Shown here one piece after another: positions 30,429 through 39,175 of a stretch of 64,000 nucleotides of DNA. This DNA comes from a bacterium (lineage in GTDB: Bacteria > UBA8248): positions 2,240,001-2,304,000 of the forward strand of contig OZ253442.1 in NCBI GenBank assembly GCA_965261085.1, written 5' to 3'. The position numbers were made by a program, and so were the translations under genes. The notes under the pieces were generated by a model. It ran no database searches, had not been told where the DNA came from, and saw only the letters and a list, made by a program, of their open reading frames with translations. Each line of letters opens with the position of its first letter. Positions within the stretch are counted from its first letter, which is position 1.

Positions 30429-30456
30429 AAAAAACGCCCCCACTCACGAGGGGGCG
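30429..30456 (-). terminator. intrinsic terminator after the selenoprotein gene
   Basis: CGCCCCC/GGGGGCG stem followed by a T-run on the minus strand. Confidence 0.6.
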
Positions 30457-30476
30457 CTTATGGACGACTTGTCCGG

Positions 30477-31169
30477 CTAAATCGCGGTGCTTGCGCGAGC
30501 GGTGAAGATGGTTTGCTCCATTTTGGGCATCCCCTCGAACGCGGGGTCTTCGTTCACAATCCTGGCCAGATATTCATCCACGTGCTCGGCGTTCGACCAG
30601 GTGCATTTGTAGGCCACTTTGCCGTCCTTGCCGATGAGCCAGATGGTGTTCGGCAGGTCTCCGAGCATGGCGTGCACCTTTTGGTCCATCTCGTCGACGA
30701 GGATGTTGGTCTCCATGTTCTTGACCTCGGCGAGCTTCTGGGCGTAGCTCCGCTTGTGCTCGTAGGATTCATGGTTTCTGATCTCGGGGAACCCGCGTTC
30801 GCCCGCGTGGGGTTCTCTCACGTAGAGATTGAAGACGACCACGTCGCGGTCCGCATATTTCTCCTGCAATTCTTCGTAAAACGGCACCTGCCGCCTGTAT
30901 GGCGGTCACGTAATGGCGCCCGTGGTCATTACCACGTATTTCTTGCCCAGATAATCCGTCGTGCGGTGGGCGTTCCCGTGAATGTCTTTGAGTTCGAAGT
31001 CGGGGAAGGAGGTGCCGGGAGGAAGAACGTTTGGAAATTTCTTATAAAAACTCTTGACCCGTTTGCTTGTGACGAGTTTGATGGTCTTCAACAGGTTGAG
31101 GTATTGCCAGGACCAAAAACCCGCCAGCGGTCCCCAGGGTTTTGGGACTGAATCGTTAGCCGGTCTCAT
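30477..31169 (-). CDS. iodothyronine-deiodinase-like thioredoxin-fold selenoprotein (in-frame UGA at 30908-30906)
   Basis: The two ORF-track ORFs are in one frame; readthrough gives TGAIT-U-PPY...NLYVREPH, matching the deiodinase GSxT[U/C]PPF and YIxEAH motifs. Confidence 0.85.
30879..30905 (-). promoter_or_regulatory. putative bacterial SECIS element
   Basis: After UGA: CCGCCAUAC-AGGCGGC-AGGU-GCCGUUU hairpin; G-containing apical loop begins 16 nt after the UGA. Confidence 0.65.
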
Positions 31170-31355
31170 ATAAGGAAACTCCTCTGCGAACTACGCTGAA
31201 TTGTATGGTGGTGTATGCACTGAACTTGTTTACCCAATCGCAGAGTGAAACACAACCGCCCAAACGTGGGAACGAAAGACGGTCCTTGAAGGGCGAATTT
31301 TGTGAATTTTTTATTTCAAGTTTTAATATCGTTTATCTAAAGTAGATTGTAGAAA

Positions 31356-32222
31356 TTAAAAATCAAACGACAGTTGCGGCTCCTTCTCCCCCGAAACGCC
31401 TTTTGAGGGATGTTTCGGAGGAGTGTTCTCACGCCCTTCGGAGTGGATCGGTTTTTTCGGGGGTTTCGTTGCGCCTGGTTCTTCAGGCGGCGCGTGAGCG
31501 GGGGATACGGATTCACCCGGCGGGGTCCACCTCGGTTTTCTTGTTCCAGGCAGTACCTCGTCCCCGGTCGCCTCATCCGGTTTTTCGCGGTGCTGATAAT
31601 CGTTTCTCCCCCGGGCGTCTGCGGCCGCCGCCTCGAGAGCCGCCGTCAGGTCTTTGGGTCGCTCCCAGGCGGCTTCTTGCGGGGATGCCCGCTCCCCGCC
31701 CTTCTTGCGCATGAGTTTGGATTTCAGGTCCTCGATGCGGGCGTAAAAGCCGGGGCTGTGGGGTGTGGAGGGTATTCGGAGAAATTTTCTGTCGATGTGG
31801 TGCATGAGTTCGTGGATGAGGGTATCGAGAAACGTTTTGCCCGCGACGACCTGTTCACGAATGGACGTGAGGTTGGCGATCTCGATCACCGCGTTTTCGC
31901 AATAATAGACGCCGTACAGCTTATAGGCGAGTTTTCCCCCGCGCAGCTTGTGGGGTTGCCGCTCATCGGACACGCGCAGGCGCGTACGGGAGATTTTGAG
32001 GGCCCGGCAAATGTTGTCGAGTAGTTTTTGGCCCAGAGCTTCGCGCTCGTGCGCGCTCGTGGATGCGATGAGCCTTCCGGTGAGTTCGCGCTCTTCCGCC
32101 GAGGGTTGGTATTTCAATGCCGATAATTTGTTGGAGCGCGTGAAATCCGGCGTATCGCGGCGTCTGCCCATGAGGGAACCGCTCCCGGGACGAATGCGGG
32201 CGGAACGAATCGCAGATGTCAT
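31356..32222 (-). CDS. SprT/Wss1-like HEXXH zinc metalloprotease with C-terminal clamp-binding-like motif
   Basis: TLIHELMHH...PHSPGFY; Pro/Glu/Lys-rich tail; ends QLSFDF; start may be 32171. Confidence 0.7.
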   Translation of the reverse strand: MTSAIRSARIRPGSGSLMGRRRDTPDFTRSNKLSALKYQPSAEERELTGRLIASTSAHEREALGQKLLDNICRALKISRTRLRVSDERQPHKLRGGKLAYKLYGVYYCENAVIEIANLTSIREQVVAGKTFLDTLIHELMHHIDRKFLRIPSTPHSPGFYARIEDLKSKLMRKKGGERASPQEAAWERPKDLTAALEAAAADARGRNDYQHREKPDEATGDEVLPGTRKPRWTPPGESVSPAHAPPEEPGATKPPKKPIHSEGRENTPPKHPSKGVSGEKEPQLSFDF

Positions 32223-32282
32223 GGGCGGTCGAGCGTCATTATACGAGAATCAGGCACCCGTTGCGAGACCCTTGTTTAAGAA

Positions 32283-33320
32283 CTAGTCGTTCTCGAGAAT
32301 CTCCTCGATTGTCACGATCCGCCTCTCGGCGTTGCTCTTGAGAATCGCCCGCATGATGGCGAGCGCGCGCACCCCGTGGCGCCCGGTGACTTCGGGGTCT
32401 CTTTCTTCTCGAATTGCGCCGACCAGATCCTCGAATTGCTCGCGGTTGGCCAGGAGTCTCCCCTCCACGAGGTCGTGGTCGAGTTCTACGGTTTCGGTTT
32501 CGAGGCCGCCCATCAGGTCGATGGGCCGCTTGAGAGTCGGGTTTTCCGTCGTGGAGAGGCTCAGGTTCGCTTCGGTGCCTTGAATGTCAAAAGCGAAATG
32601 GAACGGGGCGAGATAGCTGCTGGAGATGACGCCCATGAGCCCGCTCTTGAAACGCAGAATGGCGGCGGCGGCATCTTCCTGTGGGTTGGGGCCGCCTACC
32701 TTGGCGCATGAGGCGCTCACATCGTCCACGTCGCCGAAGAGGTATTCCATCACGTCACCTAAGTGAATGGTGTAGCTGTAGAGCGGACCTCCCGGGTTTT
32801 CCGTGGCGTCCCACCGCATGCTCTTAGGGCCTGCGGTGAAGCCGTGGTTGTTCGAGAACGTGGCGATCGTGTAGTTCACCAGGCCCAGATTTCCGCTTTC
32901 CACGATTTCCTTCGCCTTGCGGAACATCGGCCAGCGCCTGAAGTTCTGCCCCATGTGGAGTTTCACCCCAAAATCCTTGCACGCCTGATCGACTGCTTTG
33001 GCGTCGGAGACGCTCAGCGCCATGGGTTTTTCCAGATGGACGTGCTTGCCCGCCCGGGCGGCGGCTATGGCGATTTCCTTGTGTACGGAGTTCGCCGTGG
33101 CGATGACGACGGCCTCGGTTTCCGGGTCGGCCATCACCTCGTCGAGGGAGGCGAAATTCTGGCCGCCGTATTTGCCCACAAATTCCTCGCGGGAGGAGGG
33201 CGTGCGGGCGAAGCCGCCGGTTATTTCCACTTTCCCGGAGGCGAGGGCGGCGTCGGCGAGCACGGCGCCCCACCAGCCGAGCCCGATGAAGGCCATGCCG
33301 ATTTTCGGTGCATCATTCAT
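32283..33320 (-). CDS. Gfo/Idh/MocA family oxidoreductase
   Basis: IGLGWWG and GKHVHLEKP motifs. Confidence 0.92.
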   Translation of the reverse strand: MNDAPKIGMAFIGLGWWGAVLADAALASGKVEITGGFARTPSSREEFVGKYGGQNFASLDEVMADPETEAVVIATANSVHKEIAIAAARAGKHVHLEKPMALSVSDAKAVDQACKDFGVKLHMGQNFRRWPMFRKAKEIVESGNLGLVNYTIATFSNNHGFTAGPKSMRWDATENPGGPLYSYTIHLGDVMEYLFGDVDDVSASCAKVGGPNPQEDAAAAILRFKSGLMGVISSSYLAPFHFAFDIQGTEANLSLSTTENPTLKRPIDLMGGLETETVELDHDLVEGRLLANREQFEDLVGAIREERDPEVTGRHGVRALAIMRAILKSNAERRIVTIEEILEND

Positions 33321-33397
33321 CTATTGCTCCTTGGCGTATGAAAACATGTGTGCATTTCACCAAAAGCGAGTGGAGGAGGCACAAGTGCCGATGCGCT

Positions 33398-34165
33398 CTA
33401 GCGGCCCTGCCATTCGGGTTTTCTCTTCTCCATGAAGGCCGCGAGGCCCTCCTGCGTGTCCCGGGAGGTTTGGAGACGGAAGCTGATGAGTTTGGCCATG
33501 GCGATGCCCTCGCGCACGTCGGGCGTTCTCAGACCCTTGATCACCGCCTCTTTCGTGTGCCGGACGGAGAGCGGCGCGTTCTCGTTGATGAGAGCGGCCA
33601 TGGCGCGCGCCTCGTCCATCAGTGCGTCTTGGGGCACCACCTTGTTCACCATGCCCCAGCGCGCGGCCTCATCCGCCGGGATGTTCCTGCCGGTCAGCAT
33701 GAACTCCATGGCGATGCCGGGCGGGATGGTTTTGGGCATCCTCTGGTGACCGCCGAGGCTCATCGCGCCGTACTTGGGCTGGGGATAGCCGAAAACGGCG
33801 TTCTCCGAAGCGATCCGGATGTCGCACGAGAGCGCCAGCGAACAGCCCCCGCCATAGGCGTAGCCGTTCACCGCGGCGATGATGGGCTTGTAGATCTCGA
33901 GTTCGCCGTACCACATCGTGGGCGATTCGTGATCCTCGTACTGGCCTTTGCTCTCCACGATCATGTTGAGGTCATGGCCGGCGCAGAATGCGCGATCGCC
34001 CGCGCCGGTGACGATGGCCGTCCACGCCTCATCGTTTTTCGCGAATTTCTGCCAGACGTCATACAACTCACCCACCATCTCCTCGGTATAGGAGTTGAGC
34101 TTCTCGGGCCGGTTCAGGGTGATGGTGGCGATTCTGTCTTTCACGTCATATATGATGAGACTCAT
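33398..34165 (-). CDS. enoyl-CoA hydratase/isomerase family protein
   Basis: ITLNRPEKLN, AFCAGHDL and KPIIAAVNGYAYGGG motifs; start ATG 34165 after GGAGG. Confidence 0.92.
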   Translation of the reverse strand: MSLIIYDVKDRIATITLNRPEKLNSYTEEMVGELYDVWQKFAKNDEAWTAIVTGAGDRAFCAGHDLNMIVESKGQYEDHESPTMWYGELEIYKPIIAAVNGYAYGGGCSLALSCDIRIASENAVFGYPQPKYGAMSLGGHQRMPKTIPPGIAMEFMLTGRNIPADEAARWGMVNKVVPQDALMDEARAMAALINENAPLSVRHTKEAVIKGLRTPDVREGIAMAKLISFRLQTSRDTQEGLAAFMEKRKPEWQGR

Positions 34166-34310
34166 CAGGAATCCTCCCTGCAGGTTTGATAAATGTGCTC
34201 TTATGTATTCGTTGGGCTGAAAGTAGCGAGGCCGGGCCTTCAAGTCAATGATGCGGGGATTCCACCCGCATTTCCGCTCGTTCGTGAAACCCCGCCCATC
34301 CGGCGTTTTC

Positions 34311-34339
34311 TTGACAGGTTCCGGCGCGGGTGTTAGCGT
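34311..34339 (+). promoter_or_regulatory. putative sigma-70 promoter for the M24 peptidase gene
   Basis: TTGACA-17 bp-TAGCGT with an extended -10 TG. Confidence 0.45.
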
Positions 34340-34426
34340 CGCCGCGAATTTTCCATTTTCTGAATAATCTTTTGTGGACTTGATATTTTCAGGCCGAAAT
34401 CTTTGTTTTTCGAGGAGGAAGACGCA

Positions 34427-35665
34427 ATGACGGACTACCCCACGTGGGCGCGCGGCTCGATGATGGTCGACTGGGAGCACCGCATCGACATGGATCGCAT
34501 GCGCAGAGAACGCGTAGAGAAGACCCAGGCGGCGATGAAGGAACAAGGCATCGACGCCCTCATGCTCTGGAAGGATGAGAACGTGCGCTATCTGACCAGC
34601 GCGCGCGTCATCATGATTCAGTACAGATCATCCACCACCTACGGCGTGCTGCTGAGGCAGGAGGGAAATCCGACGCTGCTCGCCTCAAGCGGCGAGGCGC
34701 ACCGCATCGAGGAGTGCATGCCCTGGATCGACGACTACGTGCCCATCGGCATCCTTGAGGAGCCGGGCCTCGTGGAGCACACGGTGGGCACCGACATCAA
34801 GAATCGCTTTGACGACTGGGGGGTTTCGAACGGCACCATCGGCCTCGATGGCCACACGTTCACCCAGCGGGCGATGATCGAAAAATACTTTCCAGAAGCC
34901 ACCTTCGTGGACGGCGAGCAGTTCATGTACATGAGCAGGGTGCAGAAGACGCTGGATGAGATCGCCTGCCTCCATCAGGCGTGCGCGATTGCCGACGCAG
35001 TGACCATCACGGCGCTCAACCATGCCGTGCCGGGCGTGCGCGAGTTCGACGTGGCGGCAGAAGCGATGAAGACGCTCTTCACCCACGGCGGTGAGTTCGG
35101 GCATCTGGCGTCCCCGTTCGTCGCCTCAGGCGAGCACATGGCGCCGCCGACGCGCTTTCCCACCGATAAGATCATCAGGAACGCAGACATCGTCTTCATC
35201 GACATCGGCGCCTGCTGGAACGGCTACTTCGGCGACTGCGGGCGCGCGATGATAGCAGGCGGCCCGCCCCATCCCATGCAGCGCAAGGTGTATACGACCG
35301 TGTACAAGGCGCTCAAGGCGGGAATCGCCAAGATGCGCCCCGGATATACGAACGACGACTCGGCGGCGGAGTTCCTGGAAGTGGCGCGCTCCGCAGGTCT
35401 CGAGGATAACTTCATCAAACTCTTCATCGGGCACGGCTGCGGCATCTCGCCCAACGAACCTCCCTATGTGGGCGAGGTGATGCCCGGAGCCGAGAGCGTG
35501 GATTTCGTGCCGGGGATGACGTTCGCCATCGAGCCGCTGATTTTCGTGCCGGGTATTCCGGGCGGGGCCGGCGTGCGCATCGAGGATCATATTCTCATCA
35601 CCGAGGATGAACCCGTCTACATGACGCGCGCTCCCTATTGCGAGGAACTGATAATTCAGGATTGA
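34427..35665 (+). CDS. Xaa-Pro peptidase/creatinase (M24) family protein
   Basis: Metal-ligand pattern IDIG..GD..R, GHGCG, AIEP, RIED; creatinase-like N-domain. Confidence 0.9.
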   Translation: MTDYPTWARGSMMVDWEHRIDMDRMRRERVEKTQAAMKEQGIDALMLWKDENVRYLTSARVIMIQYRSSTTYGVLLRQEGNPTLLASSGEAHRIEECMPWIDDYVPIGILEEPGLVEHTVGTDIKNRFDDWGVSNGTIGLDGHTFTQRAMIEKYFPEATFVDGEQFMYMSRVQKTLDEIACLHQACAIADAVTITALNHAVPGVREFDVAAEAMKTLFTHGGEFGHLASPFVASGEHMAPPTRFPTDKIIRNADIVFIDIGACWNGYFGDCGRAMIAGGPPHPMQRKVYTTVYKALKAGIAKMRPGYTNDDSAAEFLEVARSAGLEDNFIKLFIGHGCGISPNEPPYVGEVMPGAESVDFVPGMTFAIEPLIFVPGIPGGAGVRIEDHILITEDEPVYMTRAPYCEELIIQD

Positions 35666-35738
35666 GCAGGCGTTGACCTGAATCGGCGCCCCTGGCGTGA
35701 GGTCAGGGGCGCTTTTTCATTATGAGACGAGGCATGCG

Positions 35739-36596
35739 TTGACAGAGATTCCCCTGGCCGTTGCGGCGTCGGCTTTTTTCGCGCTGACGTTCATCTTCTC
35801 GCGCTTGGCGACGCGGGAGGCGACGCCCGTGTTCGGCGGGTTCGTGGCCTCGGCCGTGGTGGCGCTGCTCTATCTGCCCTGGATAGCGGTGAGCGTGCCG
35901 ATGAGCGCTTTCGCCAACCCGCACCTGCTTTGGTTCGTGGGACTCGGCGTAATCACCCCCAGCATATCGAGGACGTTTCAGTTCGCGGGCGTCCAGCGCA
36001 TCGGGGCGGCGCCTTCGGGAATCCTGCGCGGTCTGGGACCGCTCTTTTCGAGTACGCTGGCCGTCTTGCTTCTCGGCGAGCAGCTCACGCCTGTCCTCGC
36101 TATGGGAACCGCGCTCATCGTCTTCGGCATCGTCGTCTTGTCGATCAGCAAAGATGAGATTCGCTCGTGGGCTCTCACCGGAATCGCCTACGCCATCGGG
36201 GCCACGCTCATATGGGTCATGCGCGACCTCATCATCCGCTACTCCTCGCCTGATGTGCCCTACAAGACGCTGGCGATTTTCGTGATGGCGGGAACGTCGA
36301 GCATCGTCATGGCTTTTGTCCTGGCGAATTCCAAAAGGGCGCGCGAGGACTTCACCGGAAAGGGCCTCTTTTATTTCGTGCTAGTGGGCGTCGCGAGCTT
36401 CTCGGCGCTGACGGCGCTTTTCTTCGCCCTCGAGGAGGGCCGCATCGTCGTCGTGTCGCCAATCACCTCGGCCCAACCCTTGTTCGTGCTGCTCTTCTCG
36501 CGTTTCTTGCCGCAAGGCATGGAGACGCTGACGCCGCTCATGGTGCTGGGCGCGGCCTTCATTGTTGCGGGAGGCGCGCTGATTAGCCTCGTGTGA
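35739..36596 (+). CDS. DMT/EamA family transporter
   Basis: About 10 TMs, PLFSSTLAVLLLGE motif; start approximate. Confidence 0.85.
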   Translation: MTEIPLAVAASAFFALTFIFSRLATREATPVFGGFVASAVVALLYLPWIAVSVPMSAFANPHLLWFVGLGVITPSISRTFQFAGVQRIGAAPSGILRGLGPLFSSTLAVLLLGEQLTPVLAMGTALIVFGIVVLSISKDEIRSWALTGIAYAIGATLIWVMRDLIIRYSSPDVPYKTLAIFVMAGTSSIVMAFVLANSKRAREDFTGKGLFYFVLVGVASFSALTALFFALEEGRIVVVSPITSAQPLFVLLFSRFLPQGMETLTPLMVLGAAFIVAGGALISLV

Positions 36597-37655
36597 TCAG
36601 TCGGCGAGCCTGTCCTCTAAGCCGAGTCCTTCGGCCATCTCCCTGAGTTGGGCGAGCACGGGCGCGGCGACGGGCACGCCCTCGCGGCGCATTTCTTCTT
36701 TTCTGCGCGCGAGGTTCTCGCCTGGAACCCGGATGGGGCCCTTGCCCTCCATGGGAGCGGAATTCCTGATCTCGCGGATTCTCAAGTCCATCTCCGCCTT
36801 GAAATCATCCAGGTCGCGGAAGATGTCCGGCCGCATGGCGAAAAAGACCTGGCCGGTGTTCGTGGGCGTCTTGAAATCCTTGTTGAAATCGATGACGTCC
36901 GAACCGAAAGCCGCTCCGTTCAGCACGCCGGCGAGCGCGCCGATCATCATGTTCAGACCATAGCCCTTGTGTCCCCCGATGGGGAGCAAAAAACCCTCCT
37001 CGGCCCGCGAGGCGTCCGTGAGGGGTTTTCCGTCCGGGGTCATCATCCAGCCCTCGGGCATCGGCTTTCCCTCCTGGGCGTAGACTTTCACCTTCCCGTA
37101 GGAGGTCTCCGTGGTGGCCATGTCGAGGAGGAAGGGCGGCTCCTCGCCCGCCGGAATGGCGTAGGCGATGGGGTTGGTGCTCAGGAGCATGTCCACGCCG
37201 CCCCAGGGGGGCATGTGGTTGGCGTTGGCGACGGCCATGTACATGCCGATCATCTCGTGCGCGAGGGGCAGGGCGGCGTAGACGCCCGCGGCGCCGGCAT
37301 GGTTTCCGTGGTGTATGCCGATCCACGCCAGCCCGCTTTCTTTCGCCTTTTGGATGGCGAGTTCGGCCGCGTACGTCACGACCACCTGGCCGAAGCCGTT
37401 ATCCCCATCCACCAATGCGCTCACGGGGGTTTCGCGCTCGGCGCGGATGTTAGGCCTCAGATTGTAGCCGCCTTCGCGTATTCTGCGGCAATAGGGAGGG
37501 AGCCTGAAGATGCCGTGTCCGTGCATCCCGTGGAGGTCGGCTTCTATCATGCGGACGGCGCAGATGCGCGCGTGCTCGTCCAGGACGTCGTGCGCTTTGA
37601 GGACGGCGTGAATGAAATTCTCCAGGCGTTCGACGGGGTAGCGCAGCTCGGACAT
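36597..37655 (-). CDS. Ldh_2 (malate/L-lactate/sulfolactate/ureidoglycolate) dehydrogenase family protein
   Basis: ADLHGMHGHG, DGDNGFG, TNPIA, LDMAT and GGHKGYG motifs. Confidence 0.92.
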   Translation of the reverse strand: MSELRYPVERLENFIHAVLKAHDVLDEHARICAVRMIEADLHGMHGHGIFRLPPYCRRIREGGYNLRPNIRAERETPVSALVDGDNGFGQVVVTYAAELAIQKAKESGLAWIGIHHGNHAGAAGVYAALPLAHEMIGMYMAVANANHMPPWGGVDMLLSTNPIAYAIPAGEEPPFLLDMATTETSYGKVKVYAQEGKPMPEGWMMTPDGKPLTDASRAEEGFLLPIGGHKGYGLNMMIGALAGVLNGAAFGSDVIDFNKDFKTPTNTGQVFFAMRPDIFRDLDDFKAEMDLRIREIRNSAPMEGKGPIRVPGENLARRKEEMRREGVPVAAPVLAQLREMAEGLGLEDRLAD

Positions 37656-37885
37656 GGGGTCTCCTCGATCGACTTGCGGTTTTGAGCCTTACGGGGGGCG
37701 CGTGCGTACAGTCACAACCCCCATTTTCTGTAAAGATTCCTTAAACCCGGGTTTTCTCACTACGTGGTGAGATTTATATGATATATTTTCAAAGGCCGTC
37801 ATGGAAGGCGAATTTAAACACATGAAAAGCATTCGCCTGTTCTGGAGACAAACGCAACTCCAGCCGCCACCCAAGAGGGGATTAC

Positions 37886-38890
37886 ATGAATTACATCAAA
37901 AAGCCCGAGTGGTCGATGCCTGAGCGCGATGCCACGCCGGAATCCGTGTTCTTGAACCGCCGCAATTTTCTGGCGGGCGGCGCGGGTTTGATGCTGAGCC
38001 AGATGGTGACGCCTCCCTACTGGCCTGAGCGCGATGGGCCGCTCGCCATGGCCCAGGCGAAGAAGGCGGGGGCTAACCCTAAGGATCAGACAGTGGGTCT
38101 TTACCCGGCGCGCCGAAACTCCGCTTTCACTCTGGACCGGCCCCTGACGGAAGAGAAAGTGGCCGCCGAGTACAATAATTTTTATGAATTCGGCGGCTCC
38201 AAGACAATCTCCTGGCTGGCCAAGCGCATGGAGACGCGCCCCTGGCAGGTGGAGGTGAAAGGCCTCGTCAAGAAGCCGAAAATCTATGACATCGATGAGT
38301 TGATAAAAGGCATGACGCTCGAGGAGCGGCTTTATCGTTTCCGCTGCGTGGAAGCATGGGCGATGGCCGTTCCGTGGACGGGTTTCAAGATTTCCGAGTT
38401 GATCAAAAAAGTGGAGCCCACGAGCAAGGCGAAATACATCCAGTTCACGACTTTCCTGAACCGCAAGGTGGCGCTCGGGCAACTCCAGGTCTGGTACCCG
38501 TGGCCTTACGTGGAAGGCCTCACCATGAAGGAGGCCATGAACGATCTGGCGATGATGGGGACGGGCATATACGGGCATCCCCTGCCGCAGCAGCATGGCG
38601 CGCCCTTGCGTTTGGTGGTTCCCTGGAAGTTTGGGTTCAAGAATGTGAAATCCATCGTCTCCATCGAATTCACCGATAAGCGGCCCCGCACGTTCTGGGA
38701 GAGAGCGGCCCCCAGCGAATACGGCTTCTGGGCCAACATCAACCCGAAGTTTGATCACCCCAGGTGGTCCCAGGCCACTGAGCGCATGCTGGGAACGAAC
38801 AAGAGAAGGCCGACGCTCCTGTTCAACGGCTATGCGAAATGGGTGGGAGATATGTATCCGGACATGAACGACCGGAAGTATTTCATGTAG
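37886..38890 (+). CDS. msrP: protein-methionine-sulfoxide reductase catalytic subunit
   Basis: Tat motif NRRNFL; YNNFYEFG, RFRCVEAW, GAPLRLVVPWKFGFK and HPRWSQATER motifs. Confidence 0.95.
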   Translation: MNYIKKPEWSMPERDATPESVFLNRRNFLAGGAGLMLSQMVTPPYWPERDGPLAMAQAKKAGANPKDQTVGLYPARRNSAFTLDRPLTEEKVAAEYNNFYEFGGSKTISWLAKRMETRPWQVEVKGLVKKPKIYDIDELIKGMTLEERLYRFRCVEAWAMAVPWTGFKISELIKKVEPTSKAKYIQFTTFLNRKVALGQLQVWYPWPYVEGLTMKEAMNDLAMMGTGIYGHPLPQQHGAPLRLVVPWKFGFKNVKSIVSIEFTDKRPRTFWERAAPSEYGFWANINPKFDHPRWSQATERMLGTNKRRPTLLFNGYAKWVGDMYPDMNDRKYFM

Positions 38891-38966
38891 TGTCCGATTA
38901 CAAAATGTAGCGGCAGGTTTTTCGTAGGGGCGATCCTCTGTGTTGTAAACGCCCGTATCGGGAAAT

Positions 38967-39116
38967 ACTCCCCCCTTGAGGGGGAGTCGCAGAGGCCGAG
39001 CAGTTTTGTACGAAGGCTGATGCGGTGGGGGGTATGATTCTAAAATAAAAGCTCCCCCCACCGGCTCGCTTGCGGGCTGCGCCCTTATCTTGCCGACTCC
39101 CCCTCAAGGGGGGAGT
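38967..39116. repeat. 150-bp REP/MITE-like element with 23-bp terminal inverted repeats
   Basis: ACTCCCCCCTTGAGGGGGAGTCG ... CGACTCCCCCTCAAGGGGGGAGT; flanked by GTAG/GTAA-type REP hairpins (about 38924 and 39138). Confidence 0.8.
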
Positions 39117-39175
39117 GGAATAAAACCCTGTTTTTCCGTAAGGGCGGATCTTTGTGTCCGACCGGTTTTCATTGG

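Noticed and set aside
30477-31169. Two separate small genes or a nonsense pseudogene
   Set aside because: The UGA falls at the catalytic Cys/Sec position and is followed by a SECIS-like hairpin, so readthrough is the better explanation.
34166-34546. N-terminal extension of the enoyl-CoA hydratase ORF
   Set aside because: It spans the divergent promoter and the opposite gene; an RBS and homology support ATG 34165.
37814-39061. 415-aa minus-strand ORF and other long antisense ORFs (e.g. 25222-26196, 36648-37685, 53126-54478, 5933-6862)
   Set aside because: These are antisense shadows of well-supported genes, as expected in GC-rich DNA, with no recognisable motifs.
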